Shown piece by piece: positions 46,817-59,414 of a stretch of 64,000 bases of DNA. The notes below the pieces were generated by a model. The model ran no database searches and had not been told where the DNA came from. It saw nothing but the letters and a program-made list of their open reading frames with translations. The translations under genes and the position numbers were made by a program. The stretch is from Candidatus Eiseniibacteriota bacterium (GTDB taxonomy: Bacteria > Eisenbacteria > RBG-16-71-46 > CAIMUX01 > VGJL01). Within the stretch, counting starts at the first letter, position 1, and each line of letters starts with the position of its first letter. Where the stretch lies: assembly GCA_963792585.1 (NCBI GenBank), contig CAWBWI010000002.1:128001-192000 (forward strand). The letters run 5' to 3'.

Positions 46817-48531
46817 CCCGGATTTCTCACCAAGGGGAATAGCAACGGGCGGACAGATTCGTTAAAAGGGTGTTGTCTACGCACCTACAACGAATCATGA
46901 GGTCCGCCCGATGCAGACACACTGTAACTCCGCTCAACTCGCGTTCCAACCCCTTGGTCGTCGAATCGTAGAGGCCGCTTTCGACGCGGGTCATGTGACT
47001 AGCGACGCGGGCGGCCTCCTGCTTCGAGAGATCGCTTCCACCACGCGGATGATGGAGCGGATCGCCTCCTGCTTCACCGACGCCCGTGATCCTGCCCGGG
47101 CTGAGCATTCCCTCGACGGTCTGATTGCCCAGAGGATTTATGGCCTGGCCCTCGGCTACGAGGACCTCAACGACCACGATCAGCTCCGTCGGGATCCCCT
47201 GCTTGCCGTTCTGGTGGGCAAGACCGACCCGGATGGCCAGGATCGGGTCCGAGAGCGGGACCGGGGCTGCGCCCTGGCCGGCAAGAGCACTCTGAATCGG
47301 TTGGAGCACACTCCTCCCACCGAGCGGGATCGTTATCACCGGATCGCCTACGACTCTGGAAAGCTCGACCGATTGCTGGTGGATCTGTTCCTGGAGTCCT
47401 ACGATCACGCCCCTCGACAGATCATTCTGGATCTGGACGCTACGGATGACCCGGTGCACGGATCCCAGGAGGAGCGGTTCTTCCACGGCTACTACGGGCA
47501 CTACTGCTTTCTGCCGCTCTACGCTTTCTGCGGGGAGCACCTGCTCCTGGCCCGATTGCGGCCGTCGAACATCGATGCCTCTGCGGGGACTGTCAAGGAG
47601 TTGGCGCCCATCATTCATCAGATCTGGCAGCGGTGGCCGAGAACCCAGATCGTCTTGCGTGCGGATTCAGGCTTTGCACGGGAAGAGATCATGGTTTGGT
47701 GTGAGGAACAGGGCGTCGACTACGTCTTTGGGTTGGCGAAGAACTCTCGGTTGATCCGCAAGATTGCCCGGGAGTTGAAACGGGCCCTGAAACGCTATGG
47801 CCGGACAGGAAAGCCTGCCCGATTCTTCCGGGACTTCCTTTACCGGACCCGAGAGAGCTGGAGTCGATCTCGACGGGTGGTAGGGAAAGCGGAGCATCTG
47901 GAGAAGGGGAGCAATCCGAGATTCGTGGTGACCTCTCTTGAATCGGCACCAGCCCGGGATCTCTACGAAGCCATCTACTGCGCCCGCGGCGAGATGGAGA
48001 ACCGGATCAAAGAACAACAGCTGGATCTGTTTGCCGACCGGACGAGCGCGACCAGCATGCGGTCGAATCAGTTGCGACTCTATTTCTCGAGCTTTGCCTA
48101 CGTCCTGCTGCAGTACCTGCGGCGCGTCGGACTGCGGGGAACGGAACTGGCGCGAGCTCAGTGCGGGACGATCCGTCTGAAACTCCTGAAGATCGGCGCC
48201 CTCATCGCGGTGAGTGTCCGCCGGATCCGTTTCCGGATGGCCAGCGGCTATCCACATGCCGACCTGTTCCGCCAAGTGATGGAAAACCTACGACACGATC
48301 CGAGTCCAGGCTAATCCCCGAAGGTCCCCGAACACCAAAGATCCGCGTCGATTACGGAGACAAGGGAGGAGTCTGCCTCGGGCGGACTGGCGCACCTCCC
48401 AGGACGCCAGATTCCGGTCTCATGATCGGGAATCGAACGGCGGATGCGCGACGAGGGGCGCGAGAGAGGATCCATCGTCCTCCGGCACGCCCCTCGATCA
48501 GCTTCTTCCTACACCTGGTGAGAAATGCGGG
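46817..48531 (+). mobile_element. Intact IS1380-family element
   Basis: IRs CCCGGATTTCTCACCA / TGGTGAGAAATGCGGG, flanked by CTAG on both sides. Confidence 0.92.
46911..48314 (+). CDS. IS1380 transposase (DDE)
   Basis: TSDAGGLLL, LDLDATDD, RADSGF, YCARGEMENRIKE. Confidence 0.95.
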   Translation: MQTHCNSAQLAFQPLGRRIVEAAFDAGHVTSDAGGLLLREIASTTRMMERIASCFTDARDPARAEHSLDGLIAQRIYGLALGYEDLNDHDQLRRDPLLAVLVGKTDPDGQDRVRERDRGCALAGKSTLNRLEHTPPTERDRYHRIAYDSGKLDRLLVDLFLESYDHAPRQIILDLDATDDPVHGSQEERFFHGYYGHYCFLPLYAFCGEHLLLARLRPSNIDASAGTVKELAPIIHQIWQRWPRTQIVLRADSGFAREEIMVWCEEQGVDYVFGLAKNSRLIRKIARELKRALKRYGRTGKPARFFRDFLYRTRESWSRSRRVVGKAEHLEKGSNPRFVVTSLESAPARDLYEAIYCARGEMENRIKEQQLDLFADRTSATSMRSNQLRLYFSSFAYVLLQYLRRVGLRGTELARAQCGTIRLKLLKIGALIAVSVRRIRFRMASGYPHADLFRQVMENLRHDPSPG

Positions 48532-48808
48532 CTAGAGGGATTGGCCAAGGCCATCCCGGTTCACGGCGGGGCAGGCCGAGAGGCCGGGCGATTGCAGCTA
48601 GAGCGATGGCCCGGACCCCGCGTAGAGTCGCTGCCGTCAGGTCGAAATCGAGGCGCATTCCGTGGCTGTGCTGGGGGCGTCCGTCTGGAGGCTCGGTCGC
48701 GACTTCGACGGTCTTTGGCCGGTCGGTACGCATCTAGGCTGATCGACGTGCGAATTCCCGGCTTCGGATACAGGAGAACCGATGCAGATTCTCCCAACAG
48801 GTGAGCGG

Positions 48809-49340
48809 ATGTCGACTAAGGGACAGGCCGAACTTTACTTCAAGTCGCTGTGCGGGCTGGGTCAGGGAATTATGGCGGTGGACCGGCCAGTCGTCATTCT
48901 TGGGGCTGGCGCCACGAAGGCGTGTGAGCGTGACGGAGGACCAAGGATCCCACTCACGGATGAGCTCCTTAGAGCTGCCTTGGCTATCCAGGACGGGGTT
49001 GTCGATCGCAGCGAGTGGATGAGAATCCTGAAGAAGTTCTTGAGGGAAGTGTTTCCAAACGCTCAGTCCCCGTCATTGCCGACATTGCTTGGGCTGGTGG
49101 ATACGGGGATCGAGCGCGATCAGCCGCTCGCGCCGAAGTGGACAGCGGACCGCCTGCGGAATGTCCGGAAGGCAGTAGAGTACGCGGTGTTCGCCGCGCT
49201 GAATGAGACTCTGCGATGGACCGATGAAGGCCCGGGCTTGATTCAGGGGCTTTTCGAGCTCATTGGAAAGGCGCTCAAGTCCTTCCCCAGAGTCGATAAC
49301 GGAACCAACGAACTTCAGGTAGTCACCACGAATTACGATC
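48809..49340 (+). pseudogene. SIR2-like protein, truncated by IS3
   Basis: VVILGAGA and VVTTNYD motifs. The IS begins immediately after NYD. Confidence 0.75.
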
Positions 49341-51574
<2,234 letters not shown>

Positions 51575-51670
51575 ACCCGTGTGCTGTAGTGATACTTCCC
51601 CCGCGAACGTGGATTGCATCCTCTTGGCCGGGGTGGCCCCGCGGTGCTATCCTCAACGGAGGACGTAGCT

Positions 51671-52381
51671 ATGCCGATGTCACACAGTTTCGACGATCTC
51701 TGCGACCGGGTGACGGATCACTCGCTCGATGTACCCGACTTTCTTCGAGCCGTCCGAAGTGTCCGTCCCTCTCTGGACGAGATCGAGGACTTACTCGCAC
51801 GAGCTAGAGCTGGCAGCGCGCCCACGGCACTCATTGAAGGCCTCGCGGAGGCTCGCGAGAGAACACTTCGCGACAGAGACCGATTCGATAACCTGGGAAG
51901 ACTGTTCGGACTTCTCTTTAGTCGCGTTGAGCACCGTTTCCCTGCCTCGCTGCGCTGGCTCGTCCCGTTGGCTGTTCTAGTTGCTCTACTCGGGGTGGCA
52001 CGCGTGCCATTGATTCTTCCGAGATCAAGCATGGAGTCGGCTGGAGAGCCGCACTCCCGACCGGCCGAGGGCAGTGCACCCTCGGACCCTGTCGAACCCA
52101 CCGACCCAATAGATACGCTGCGAAGCAATACCGGACCTAGCTTCGCCGAACGGCGTATGGAGATATCCCTCGGAGTTTCTCGTTGCCATTGGACCGAACT
52201 CTACTATTGGGTCGGTGACTCGGGCGAGCCTGGTGGTCCCGTATCCATCGTGGGAAGTAGTACGGTCCGGATCTTTGTGCCGGAGTCAACGCACGAGGTG
52301 TTCGTGTCCGGAACACCCAGCCGACAGAACAGCCGTCTCGTCGCAATTGAACGTTACAGGGAGAATCCGGTATGTCCGTGA
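51671..52381 (+). CDS. Hypothetical single-TM protein
   Basis: GGAGG RBS, one TM segment, overlaps the next gene. Confidence 0.55.
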   Translation: MPMSHSFDDLCDRVTDHSLDVPDFLRAVRSVRPSLDEIEDLLARARAGSAPTALIEGLAEARERTLRDRDRFDNLGRLFGLLFSRVEHRFPASLRWLVPLAVLVALLGVARVPLILPRSSMESAGEPHSRPAEGSAPSDPVEPTDPIDTLRSNTGPSFAERRMEISLGVSRCHWTELYYWVGDSGEPGGPVSIVGSSTVRIFVPESTHEVFVSGTPSRQNSRLVAIERYRENPVCP

Positions 52382-53688
52382 GGGCTTGGCTTTCCGCCTG
52401 TTTGCTTGTGACCGCGACTACGGCCCTTGCGGACGACAACTGTGAATGGACGTTGCATGTAGTCGATATGAATGGGGACCCCGTGTACCCCGCGACTGGG
52501 AGCTTGCCGCAGCTATCGAAGAGAGAGCAAATCCTATGGGACGGAAGCTGTCGGTTCACGCTGCACGAGAAGTACGGCGGTGAGAATCTGGACTTCTGCG
52601 TCGTAGCGGACACCGGGGACACATTACTCGTACAGAAGGTCGTCGGTTGTCATGACGAGACGATCCGAGTTCTAGCACCTCTGCTGATCGAAGTCGAAGT
52701 TCCTGGATGGCCAGAGAGCTCGAAGGGAATGATCCGATTTCTTCACAGCGGTCTCGTCTTGCGAGAATACTCCTCCTTTGGTGGGTCGCTAAGGCAGACA
52801 GTCTACGATCGTCAAGATCAGTGGATCAACCAATCGGTGGACATTGAAATTCGTAGAGATGACGGCTACTGCCTTCGCGCAACTCGACCCTTTACCCGTG
52901 AAGGCATGGTCTTGCGAACACCTCGTTATGACTTAAGTGAGTGGCTGCCATGTAGCCCTGGAAGGTATGTCGTTGCTCGGGCTCCAGAATGGAAAGGAGG
53001 ACTGGCCACGGCGACGCTGTCCCATTCGGAGCTCGGAAAGCTCCCAAGTGTGACCGACACCACGGGCCTTTGGAGATTCACCTTGCCCTCCGTTGAACAG
53101 TGGGATTCCTGGGTCGGGAGTAACGTGACTCTAGAGATCGTCGGCGGTGGACGGAAGTACTTGTCTGATGCGCGTTTCGAAACATCCGGTGTCGAATTCG
53201 TCGTGCCACCTTTCTCCGAGTGGCAGGAAACTCGGGAACCCACACATCAGAAATGGGTGCTAGTGAGTGAATTGGCAGTAGAAGAGGCACTGGCGACTGA
53301 GAAGGCGCGTGCGATAACGGGTGGTCGTCTTGAGTTGCGCCTGGGGAAGAGTCGTTGGGGCGGAGTTCAGTTGCTTGCGTCGGGTGGGTATTATGAGTAT
53401 CCGCATGGGCACCTTCTCCCGACGCTCGTTGGAGTCAGGATCACGACCCTTTTGAGGGTACCGGTCTCACTGTCTGGCGGATACGCCTGGGGCAACACGG
53501 ACGCTGGTGTGTCTCCAGCCGGCCGGCTGGTCCGTCTAGCTGGTGAGGTCGCTTCTTTCGGGCCAGTGGCGGTTCAGGTAGCTAGCGTCGGGCAGGAGAC
53601 GTATAACTCTGACTGGTTCACCCAAGTGGGAATCACGCTGGGATATCGCCTAACGTTTAAGTGGCGTGAATTGGCGGCTGGAGAATGA
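52372..53688 (+). CDS. Hypothetical secreted beta-rich protein
   Basis: Signal peptide (TALA-DD) and alternating beta-strands at the C-terminus. Confidence 0.6.
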   Translation: MSVRAWLSACLLVTATTALADDNCEWTLHVVDMNGDPVYPATGSLPQLSKREQILWDGSCRFTLHEKYGGENLDFCVVADTGDTLLVQKVVGCHDETIRVLAPLLIEVEVPGWPESSKGMIRFLHSGLVLREYSSFGGSLRQTVYDRQDQWINQSVDIEIRRDDGYCLRATRPFTREGMVLRTPRYDLSEWLPCSPGRYVVARAPEWKGGLATATLSHSELGKLPSVTDTTGLWRFTLPSVEQWDSWVGSNVTLEIVGGGRKYLSDARFETSGVEFVVPPFSEWQETREPTHQKWVLVSELAVEEALATEKARAITGGRLELRLGKSRWGGVQLLASGGYYEYPHGHLLPTLVGVRITTLLRVPVSLSGGYAWGNTDAGVSPAGRLVRLAGEVASFGPVAVQVASVGQETYNSDWFTQVGITLGYRLTFKWRELAAGE

Positions 53689-53711
53689 AAAGAGGTTGCA
53701 GAAACGTCGTT

Positions 53712-54638
53712 TCAATTGGATTCGAACTCGATTATGAACTGATTCGTATGGGTTTCGAATTGATCGTTCCAAAGTGGAGAGAGGGACTCGTCGATCTCAA
53801 GGTAGAATTCGTCGACTGAATTGTCCTCGCCGTCGTTTGGTTCGTTGGTGGCCCAGTTGGTGTAGCCCCACGCCTCTCCAGTTATCCACTCCCAGCAGCT
53901 GTCGGGGACACAGCCGACGGCAGGCTGCTGAAAGCCGCCGATCCACTTGTTTCCAAGTTCAGCACCAAACGTCTCCTGGAGAAACAGCTGCTCGTTGGCA
54001 GAGGTTACCGTTGCCAGATGAGCCTGCATCCCGCGCCATTCGATCGTCTGGCTGGTGTCTCGCGCCGACGGCCAGTCTAGCCGCCATTTTATGATCTCAT
54101 ACCAGTGGCCATTGGTGGTCCATTTGAAGGGACCCCGATCATTGCGGCGGATGTCATAGCTTAGGGCCAGCGCCTGGTCGCTCGGCATGTCGTCGACGGC
54201 ATCCGCCACCAGATAGTAATCGCCGGCGGGGATCGTGGGCCAGTTGATGTGCTCGGAGCCAAGGCCCTCCGTGGATCGGTCTACGACGTCCATGGGATCG
54301 CACGAGGCGAGAAGAAAGAGATCAACATCGCTCGTATCCGGGTGATCGACGAATAGGCTCACTTGGGCTTGATCGAGGAGAACGAATCGCCAGATCACCT
54401 CCGGACTTGAGCCGTAGACTGCAGGCGTCCCTTGGTACCGCGCCACCTGGCTTTGAGCCGAAGGCAGGACCGCGGGAACGCTGCCGTGGCCGTCGAGATC
54501 GAAGAGCTGAGCGTTTCCGCACTCCAGCGTCGTCTCTGGCTTGGCGGGTGGGCCGCCAAAGAGCCCTTGGCCGCCAGAGCCACAGCCTCCAAGAATTCCA
54601 ATCATCGTGATTAAGGACCAGACCCGGCGGGACTGCAT
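53712..54638 (-). CDS. Lipoprotein with PPC-like and C-type lectin domains
   Basis: Lipobox LGGC; DVDLFL..GDYYLV; HLATVTSANEQ, WIGG, YTNWATNEPND, WND. Confidence 0.85.
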   Translation of the reverse strand: MQSRRVWSLITMIGILGGCGSGGQGLFGGPPAKPETTLECGNAQLFDLDGHGSVPAVLPSAQSQVARYQGTPAVYGSSPEVIWRFVLLDQAQVSLFVDHPDTSDVDLFLLASCDPMDVVDRSTEGLGSEHINWPTIPAGDYYLVADAVDDMPSDQALALSYDIRRNDRGPFKWTTNGHWYEIIKWRLDWPSARDTSQTIEWRGMQAHLATVTSANEQLFLQETFGAELGNKWIGGFQQPAVGCVPDSCWEWITGEAWGYTNWATNEPNDGEDNSVDEFYLEIDESLSPLWNDQFETHTNQFIIEFESN

Positions 54639-54899
54639 CAGTCCGACACTGGACCTTTGCCACCTTCTTCGAAAGCTCGAGAGGTCAGCCACAATTCTCC
54701 AGAACCCTCCCCGCCATGCTCGCATGGACGACGCCGATCTCATGATCATCGAGGACTATAGCATTTGGCCGATTGAAGGACAGACTCCGATGTTCTGGAA
54801 AGCGCTCGAGGCGTCTACTAGTCCTGAGGGTCCGACGAATCCCAGGAGGGCGTCGAGGGGCTGTCGTCCAGTTCGCGCAGAATCTCGCCTGGCTGAGCC

Positions 54900-55330
54900 C
54901 GTTCCTGCACCAAGTCCGCGAGAAGTTCCAGAAGCGAGTCCGGGAGCCAGGCGATCGTCTCTGCGCTCTTGGAGCCACCCCTTCTCGGCCAGGAGGCGAT
55001 TCTCCGGACCGGGCTTGGCACCCACGCGAAGGAGGACCACATCACCCGCCTCCACGTGCTCGTCCCCCACATCGAGCGGTGCTTGCGCCGCACCTCCCGG
55101 AATCGACGCTCGATCGTGTCCGTCGCCCGGTTCATCCGTCGCCACTCCGGGCCCGTCATAGTGGAGTGGTTCAGCATGTCGATGTCGTTAGACATGGCAT
55201 GGGCCGACGGTAGAGCTCGTCCCACCGCGCTCCGAAACGCACCGCCGCTTGGACTGCCCGCATCCGACTCTTCGCCCAGTAGATGCGTCTGAGACCTCGC
55301 TTTCGCCGCTTCCCGGTCCCTGACCGGTAC
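54900..55330 (-). pseudogene. IS256-like transposase remnant
   Basis: RATDTIERRFREVRRK resembles the IS256 motif RTTNxIER..RE.RRR. Confidence 0.6.
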
Positions 55331-55689
55331 CTTGTCCGCATGGTCCGGGCCTTGTGAGGCTAGCATCTTGCACGGGAATCCCAGGATAGACGACAGATAC
55401 AGCCGCGGAGAGCCACCGGTGGCATCGAATGTGGTCAATTCCATCCCCTTTCCCACGACGAGGCTTCTGCCGGTCTGTGACTTAGACTCGCCTCAAGAAT
55501 GTGCGGCGGCGGGGACTTGCCCCATACTCTCTGTTTTGCCGTCTCCAATATGTCTCCACGACTCTGGGGGAATCCGGGGGACTGGAGTGGACTTGCGGGG
55601 ACAACGAAGGCGGCGGCAATCCTCTCGCAGGGAACCGGTTAGGTGCCGAAGTCGTACACCAGCACCAAGTTAGGTAGTTGCTGCCGAGA

Positions 55690-55712
55690 GGGTTCGATTC
55701 CCGCCGCCTCCA
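55690..55712 (+). other. 3' fragment of tmRNA (ssrA), attR-like island boundary
   Basis: GGGTTCGATTCCCGCCGCCTCCA: T-loop plus Ala-type acceptor 3' strand. No matching 5' part upstream. GTCTCCA direct repeats at about 55540-55558. Confidence 0.75.
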
Positions 55713-55838
55713 AATTCTTGCGCTTCCGCCTTGTCGTCATGGGCCTCCGGATCGCCGTGCGGCAGGTGCCGGCGAAGAGATGGAGGTACTTCGCTCCCGA
55801 GGCGATCTTCAGGTGCGCCTTGCCGGACGATCCCGATC

Positions 55839-58800
55839 TCAGTGCTTCGGGGCAAGCGTCCGGTGGAGCTTCGAAATCATCCGCCCCAGCTCGGAATCAG
55901 GACCCGATCCAATTCGAACAGCAAGCTCCTCGGCTTCGCTCAGGGTCGCGAGCGCGGCCGGCGTATCCCCGGTTCCATGTTCGAGCTCGGCGCGGATGCA
56001 AAGGAGTTCGCCGAGATCTTGACCGGCATCCGCCTGACGCAGGAGCGGCTCCCCGGTCGCGAGCGCCTGCCGGGCCGCCTCGATCGACCCCTGTTGGTGG
56101 AGAAGACTTGCCAGGCATGCGAGCGTGTGGCCCTCGGAACCCCGATCGCTCACCAATCGGTGGATGGCGAGCGCCGATTCGTAGTGAGCACGCGCCAATT
56201 CCACTTCGCAACGATCCTGGTGCAGTCGCCCCAGTGCTGCGATGATGATCCCCTCCAGCCGCCGGTTGCCCACCTCGCGCTCGATGGCCAACGCCGCCTC
56301 GAAGTGTGCGCGCGCCTCATCGGTAAGTTCCTGCGTGCGGCAGAGAAGACCCAAGTTGATGAGAACAATACCCTCGGAGAAACGGGCACCGGTCTCGCGG
56401 TGAATGACGAGTGCCGCTTCCAAGTGGGTCCGGGCCTCTTCCATTTGACCCTGATCGTAACCGAGACCGCCGAGATTGGAGTGGGCGTTACCTGCAAAGC
56501 GCTGATTCCCCACTTCGTGGTGAACGACGAGTGCGGCTTCGTAGTGGGCACGGGCCTCCTCGGTGTGACCCTGATCCTGGAAAACAAGTCCAAGGTTACT
56601 GAGGACGATTCCCTCTAGCCGCCGGTAGCCAGCAGAACGCGCGACCTCGAGAGCCAGCTCCGAGGAGGAGCGAGCCTCAGCCATTCGTCCCTGACCACGG
56701 CGAGTCACGCTCAGCGTGTTGAGGGTATTGCATTCCAAGTGTCGGTCGCCCACCGCGCGCGCAGCTTCGAGCGCCATCTCCAAGTACACGGACCCCGCCT
56801 CCATGTGGTCCTGACTGACCTGCATGCCACCCAAATCCCCGAGGAGTTGAGCCTCGAGGTGCCGATCTGAAACCTCCCGGGCGATGGCAAGGGCCGCTTC
56901 CAGATGAGCGCGGGACTCCGCAACCATCCCGCAGTACCACTCCGCCAGTGCAAGCGTCTTGACGACGTGGGCTTCTTCGGCTCGACCAAGGCGCAATCCT
57001 TGCAGGGCTTCTCGTCCCAAGTGCACACCCAGGCCGAACGGTCCCCGCGAGTCCAGGACCGCCCATGAGGCCCGGTAAGCTGCCACGGCGGTCGCTGCAT
57101 CCCGACGCGAGACGGCACGCCGGCACGCGGCTACCATGTTGTCGAGCTCGCGTTCGACTCGACGCCTGTATTCTGGGCCGCCTAGCTCTTTGAACGTCTT
57201 GATTTTCTCCGGCGTCGCATAGCGTGCATACCACTGACCGTGCCGCTGCTCGACAGCCTGAGCGATTGGAATCTCGCTCCCCTCGACTCCCCAGGAAGGG
57301 CCCTCCCGAAGCTTTATGCGCGCATACGTCTGAAGGCTTACGAACATCCCGAAGCGAGCCTCGGGTATTCCCTCGCCGGAGCCAACCTCAGGAGCCGATG
57401 CCCGCAAGAGACTCTTGTCGACGAGGGATTGCACAACGTCCACCACCCACGGGGCATCCGGCCACGCGCCCAGGTCGACCACTCCCTCCGCCGCCTCCAG
57501 CGTGAACCCTCCTTCGAACACCGAGCACTGCGCCCACGCCGATCGTTCCCATGGCTTCAGTAGCTCCCAGGAGCCGTCGATCGCGACGACAAGGGTCTCG
57601 TGACGGGCGCTCCCGCCACCGGTCAGCAGACTGAAGCGACTGCGCATCTGCGCGACAATCTGCGCGGCGCTCATCACGCGCATCCGCGCCCCGGCGAGCT
57701 CGATCGCCAGCGGCATACCGTCCACGAGTCGCACGATCTCCCGCGCAGACTCGGCTTCCGATCCGACGAACTCGAGTCCCGGACGGAGCCTGCGCGCCCG
57801 GGCGGCGAAGAGCTCCACTCCCATCTCAATCGGCAGGGGTCCCACCGAAAGCACCGTTTCCTGGGTACCGAGGCGCAGCCTCTCGCGGCTCATCACGAGG
57901 AACCGTGCTTCGCCCGCCCTTGCTACCCACCGGCCCACCGTCGCCGCAGCGAGGTCCACGACCTGGTCGAAGTTGTCAAGCATCATGAGGCAGCGCCCGC
58001 GCCCCGCGATCGCGTGACCGATCTGCTCGACAGGATCTCCTCGCCCGAGCTGAACTCCGAGCGAGCCGGCGACGGCCGATGCGATCCCTTCCAAGCTCCG
58101 AGCCTCGGTCAGATCGCAGAACCACACTCCGCCCGGCCACGCGCCGAGATTTCGCCATCCGTAGTGAACTGCGAGCCGCGTCTTTCCCATCCCTCCGGCC
58201 CCGACCAGCGTCACCAGGCGCGAGTCGCGGTCGAGACAACGCTCCAGCTCCTCGCTCTCCAGCTCCCGGCCCACGAAGAAGTCCCGTTCCGCGGGCAACG
58301 TGTGCGGCGCCCTCGCCGCGACGCCCAGCGATTCGACGGGATCGACGCGCGCCCGTCCCGCGAGCGCTTCTGCCACCTCTTCCGCCCGCGCGAAGCGCCG
58401 GCGCGGCTCCCGGGCAAGGCATCGAAGAATCACCGCCTCCCAGCGGTCGTCGAGGTTGGGCAGGAAGTTTCGCGGCGACGGTGGATCCTCCACGAGTCGG
58501 AGCCGCGCCACTTCGGACGCCGATCCACCGGAGAACGGCAATGCGCCTGTGACCATTTCATAGAGCACGATCCCGAGCGCATAGATGTCGGCTGCGGGGC
58601 CGACCTCTTCCCCTCGAACTTGTTCGGGTGCCATGTAGATCGGGGTCCCGACGATTGGACCTGAGTCCCGCCGCGGTTGATGAGCGCCTGCTCTCTGCGA
58701 TGCCGCCCGCGCGATTCCAAAATCCGTCACGACCGCCTGCTCGCCCCCGTCTCTGTCGACGATGATGACATTGTTGGTCTTGAAGTCGCGGTGCACGACC

Positions 58801-59414
58801 CCTGCTCGATGGGCCGCCCCGAGCCCCGCCGACATTTGCTCCGCGAAGCGCTGCGCGCGATCGAGCGGGAGCCGCCCCGTGTCCTGCAGCTCCTTTGCGA
58901 GAGTTTCGCCGCGCAAGATCTCCATGGTGAGGAACCAGGTGGCGGCCTCGCCTTCCCCGTGCCGTCCGAGGTCGTACAAGCGGCAGACATTCGGGTGCCA
59001 TACCGAGCGCGCGAGGAGACCTTCCAGCTTGAGGCGCTTGTGCGCTTCCTCCGTGCCGCCCGGTAGGTGGAGCGTCTTGAGTGCTACCGGGATCGAGAGC
59101 TCCTCATCCCAGGCCTCGTACACCTCTCCCATTCCACCCCGGCCCAGTAGCTGCCGCACGCGGTAGCGCTGCGCCACCTGATCGTCCACCGAGAACCTGG
59201 GAGGGGCCGTGCCCGCAAGAATCTCGAACCATGCTGCGGGCGGCGCCAGCGTTTCCGGGCTGCGCTCGCATGCAGCGAGAAGAGAGACAACCTCGTCACG
59301 GAGATCGATGTCATCACCGCATGCGGACTCGACGAAAGCGCGCCGCGCCTCCACGGGCTGCTCCACCGCCTTTTCGACCAGGAGCTGCACGCGGAGCCAG
59401 CGCTCGGAGTTCAA
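55839..59414 (-). CDS. Ser/Thr kinase + P-loop ATPase + TPR protein
   Basis: GRGGMGEVY, HRDFK, DFG, YMAPE; GAGGMGKTRL; TPRs. TTG start overlaps the sigma factor stop. Confidence 0.93.
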   Translation of the reverse strand: MNSERWLRVQLLVEKAVEQPVEARRAFVESACGDDIDLRDEVVSLLAACERSPETLAPPAAWFEILAGTAPPRFSVDDQVAQRYRVRQLLGRGGMGEVYEAWDEELSIPVALKTLHLPGGTEEAHKRLKLEGLLARSVWHPNVCRLYDLGRHGEGEAATWFLTMEILRGETLAKELQDTGRLPLDRAQRFAEQMSAGLGAAHRAGVVHRDFKTNNVIIVDRDGGEQAVVTDFGIARAASQRAGAHQPRRDSGPIVGTPIYMAPEQVRGEEVGPAADIYALGIVLYEMVTGALPFSGGSASEVARLRLVEDPPSPRNFLPNLDDRWEAVILRCLAREPRRRFARAEEVAEALAGRARVDPVESLGVAARAPHTLPAERDFFVGRELESEELERCLDRDSRLVTLVGAGGMGKTRLAVHYGWRNLGAWPGGVWFCDLTEARSLEGIASAVAGSLGVQLGRGDPVEQIGHAIAGRGRCLMMLDNFDQVVDLAAATVGRWVARAGEARFLVMSRERLRLGTQETVLSVGPLPIEMGVELFAARARRLRPGLEFVGSEAESAREIVRLVDGMPLAIELAGARMRVMSAAQIVAQMRSRFSLLTGGGSARHETLVVAIDGSWELLKPWERSAWAQCSVFEGGFTLEAAEGVVDLGAWPDAPWVVDVVQSLVDKSLLRASAPEVGSGEGIPEARFGMFVSLQTYARIKLREGPSWGVEGSEIPIAQAVEQRHGQWYARYATPEKIKTFKELGGPEYRRRVERELDNMVAACRRAVSRRDAATAVAAYRASWAVLDSRGPFGLGVHLGREALQGLRLGRAEEAHVVKTLALAEWYCGMVAESRAHLEAALAIAREVSDRHLEAQLLGDLGGMQVSQDHMEAGSVYLEMALEAARAVGDRHLECNTLNTLSVTRRGQGRMAEARSSSELALEVARSAGYRRLEGIVLSNLGLVFQDQGHTEEARAHYEAALVVHHEVGNQRFAGNAHSNLGGLGYDQGQMEEARTHLEAALVIHRETGARFSEGIVLINLGLLCRTQELTDEARAHFEAALAIEREVGNRRLEGIIIAALGRLHQDRCEVELARAHYESALAIHRLVSDRGSEGHTLACLASLLHQQGSIEAARQALATGEPLLRQADAGQDLGELLCIRAELEHGTGDTPAALATLSEAEELAVRIGSGPDSELGRMISKLHRTLAPKH

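Noticed and set aside
46827..47618. 263-aa minus-strand ORF
   Set aside because: Antisense to the IS1380 transposase.
55560..55712. Complete tRNA or tmRNA gene
   Set aside because: Only the T-loop and 3' acceptor strand are present; no matching 5' strand, cloverleaf or tag reading frame found.
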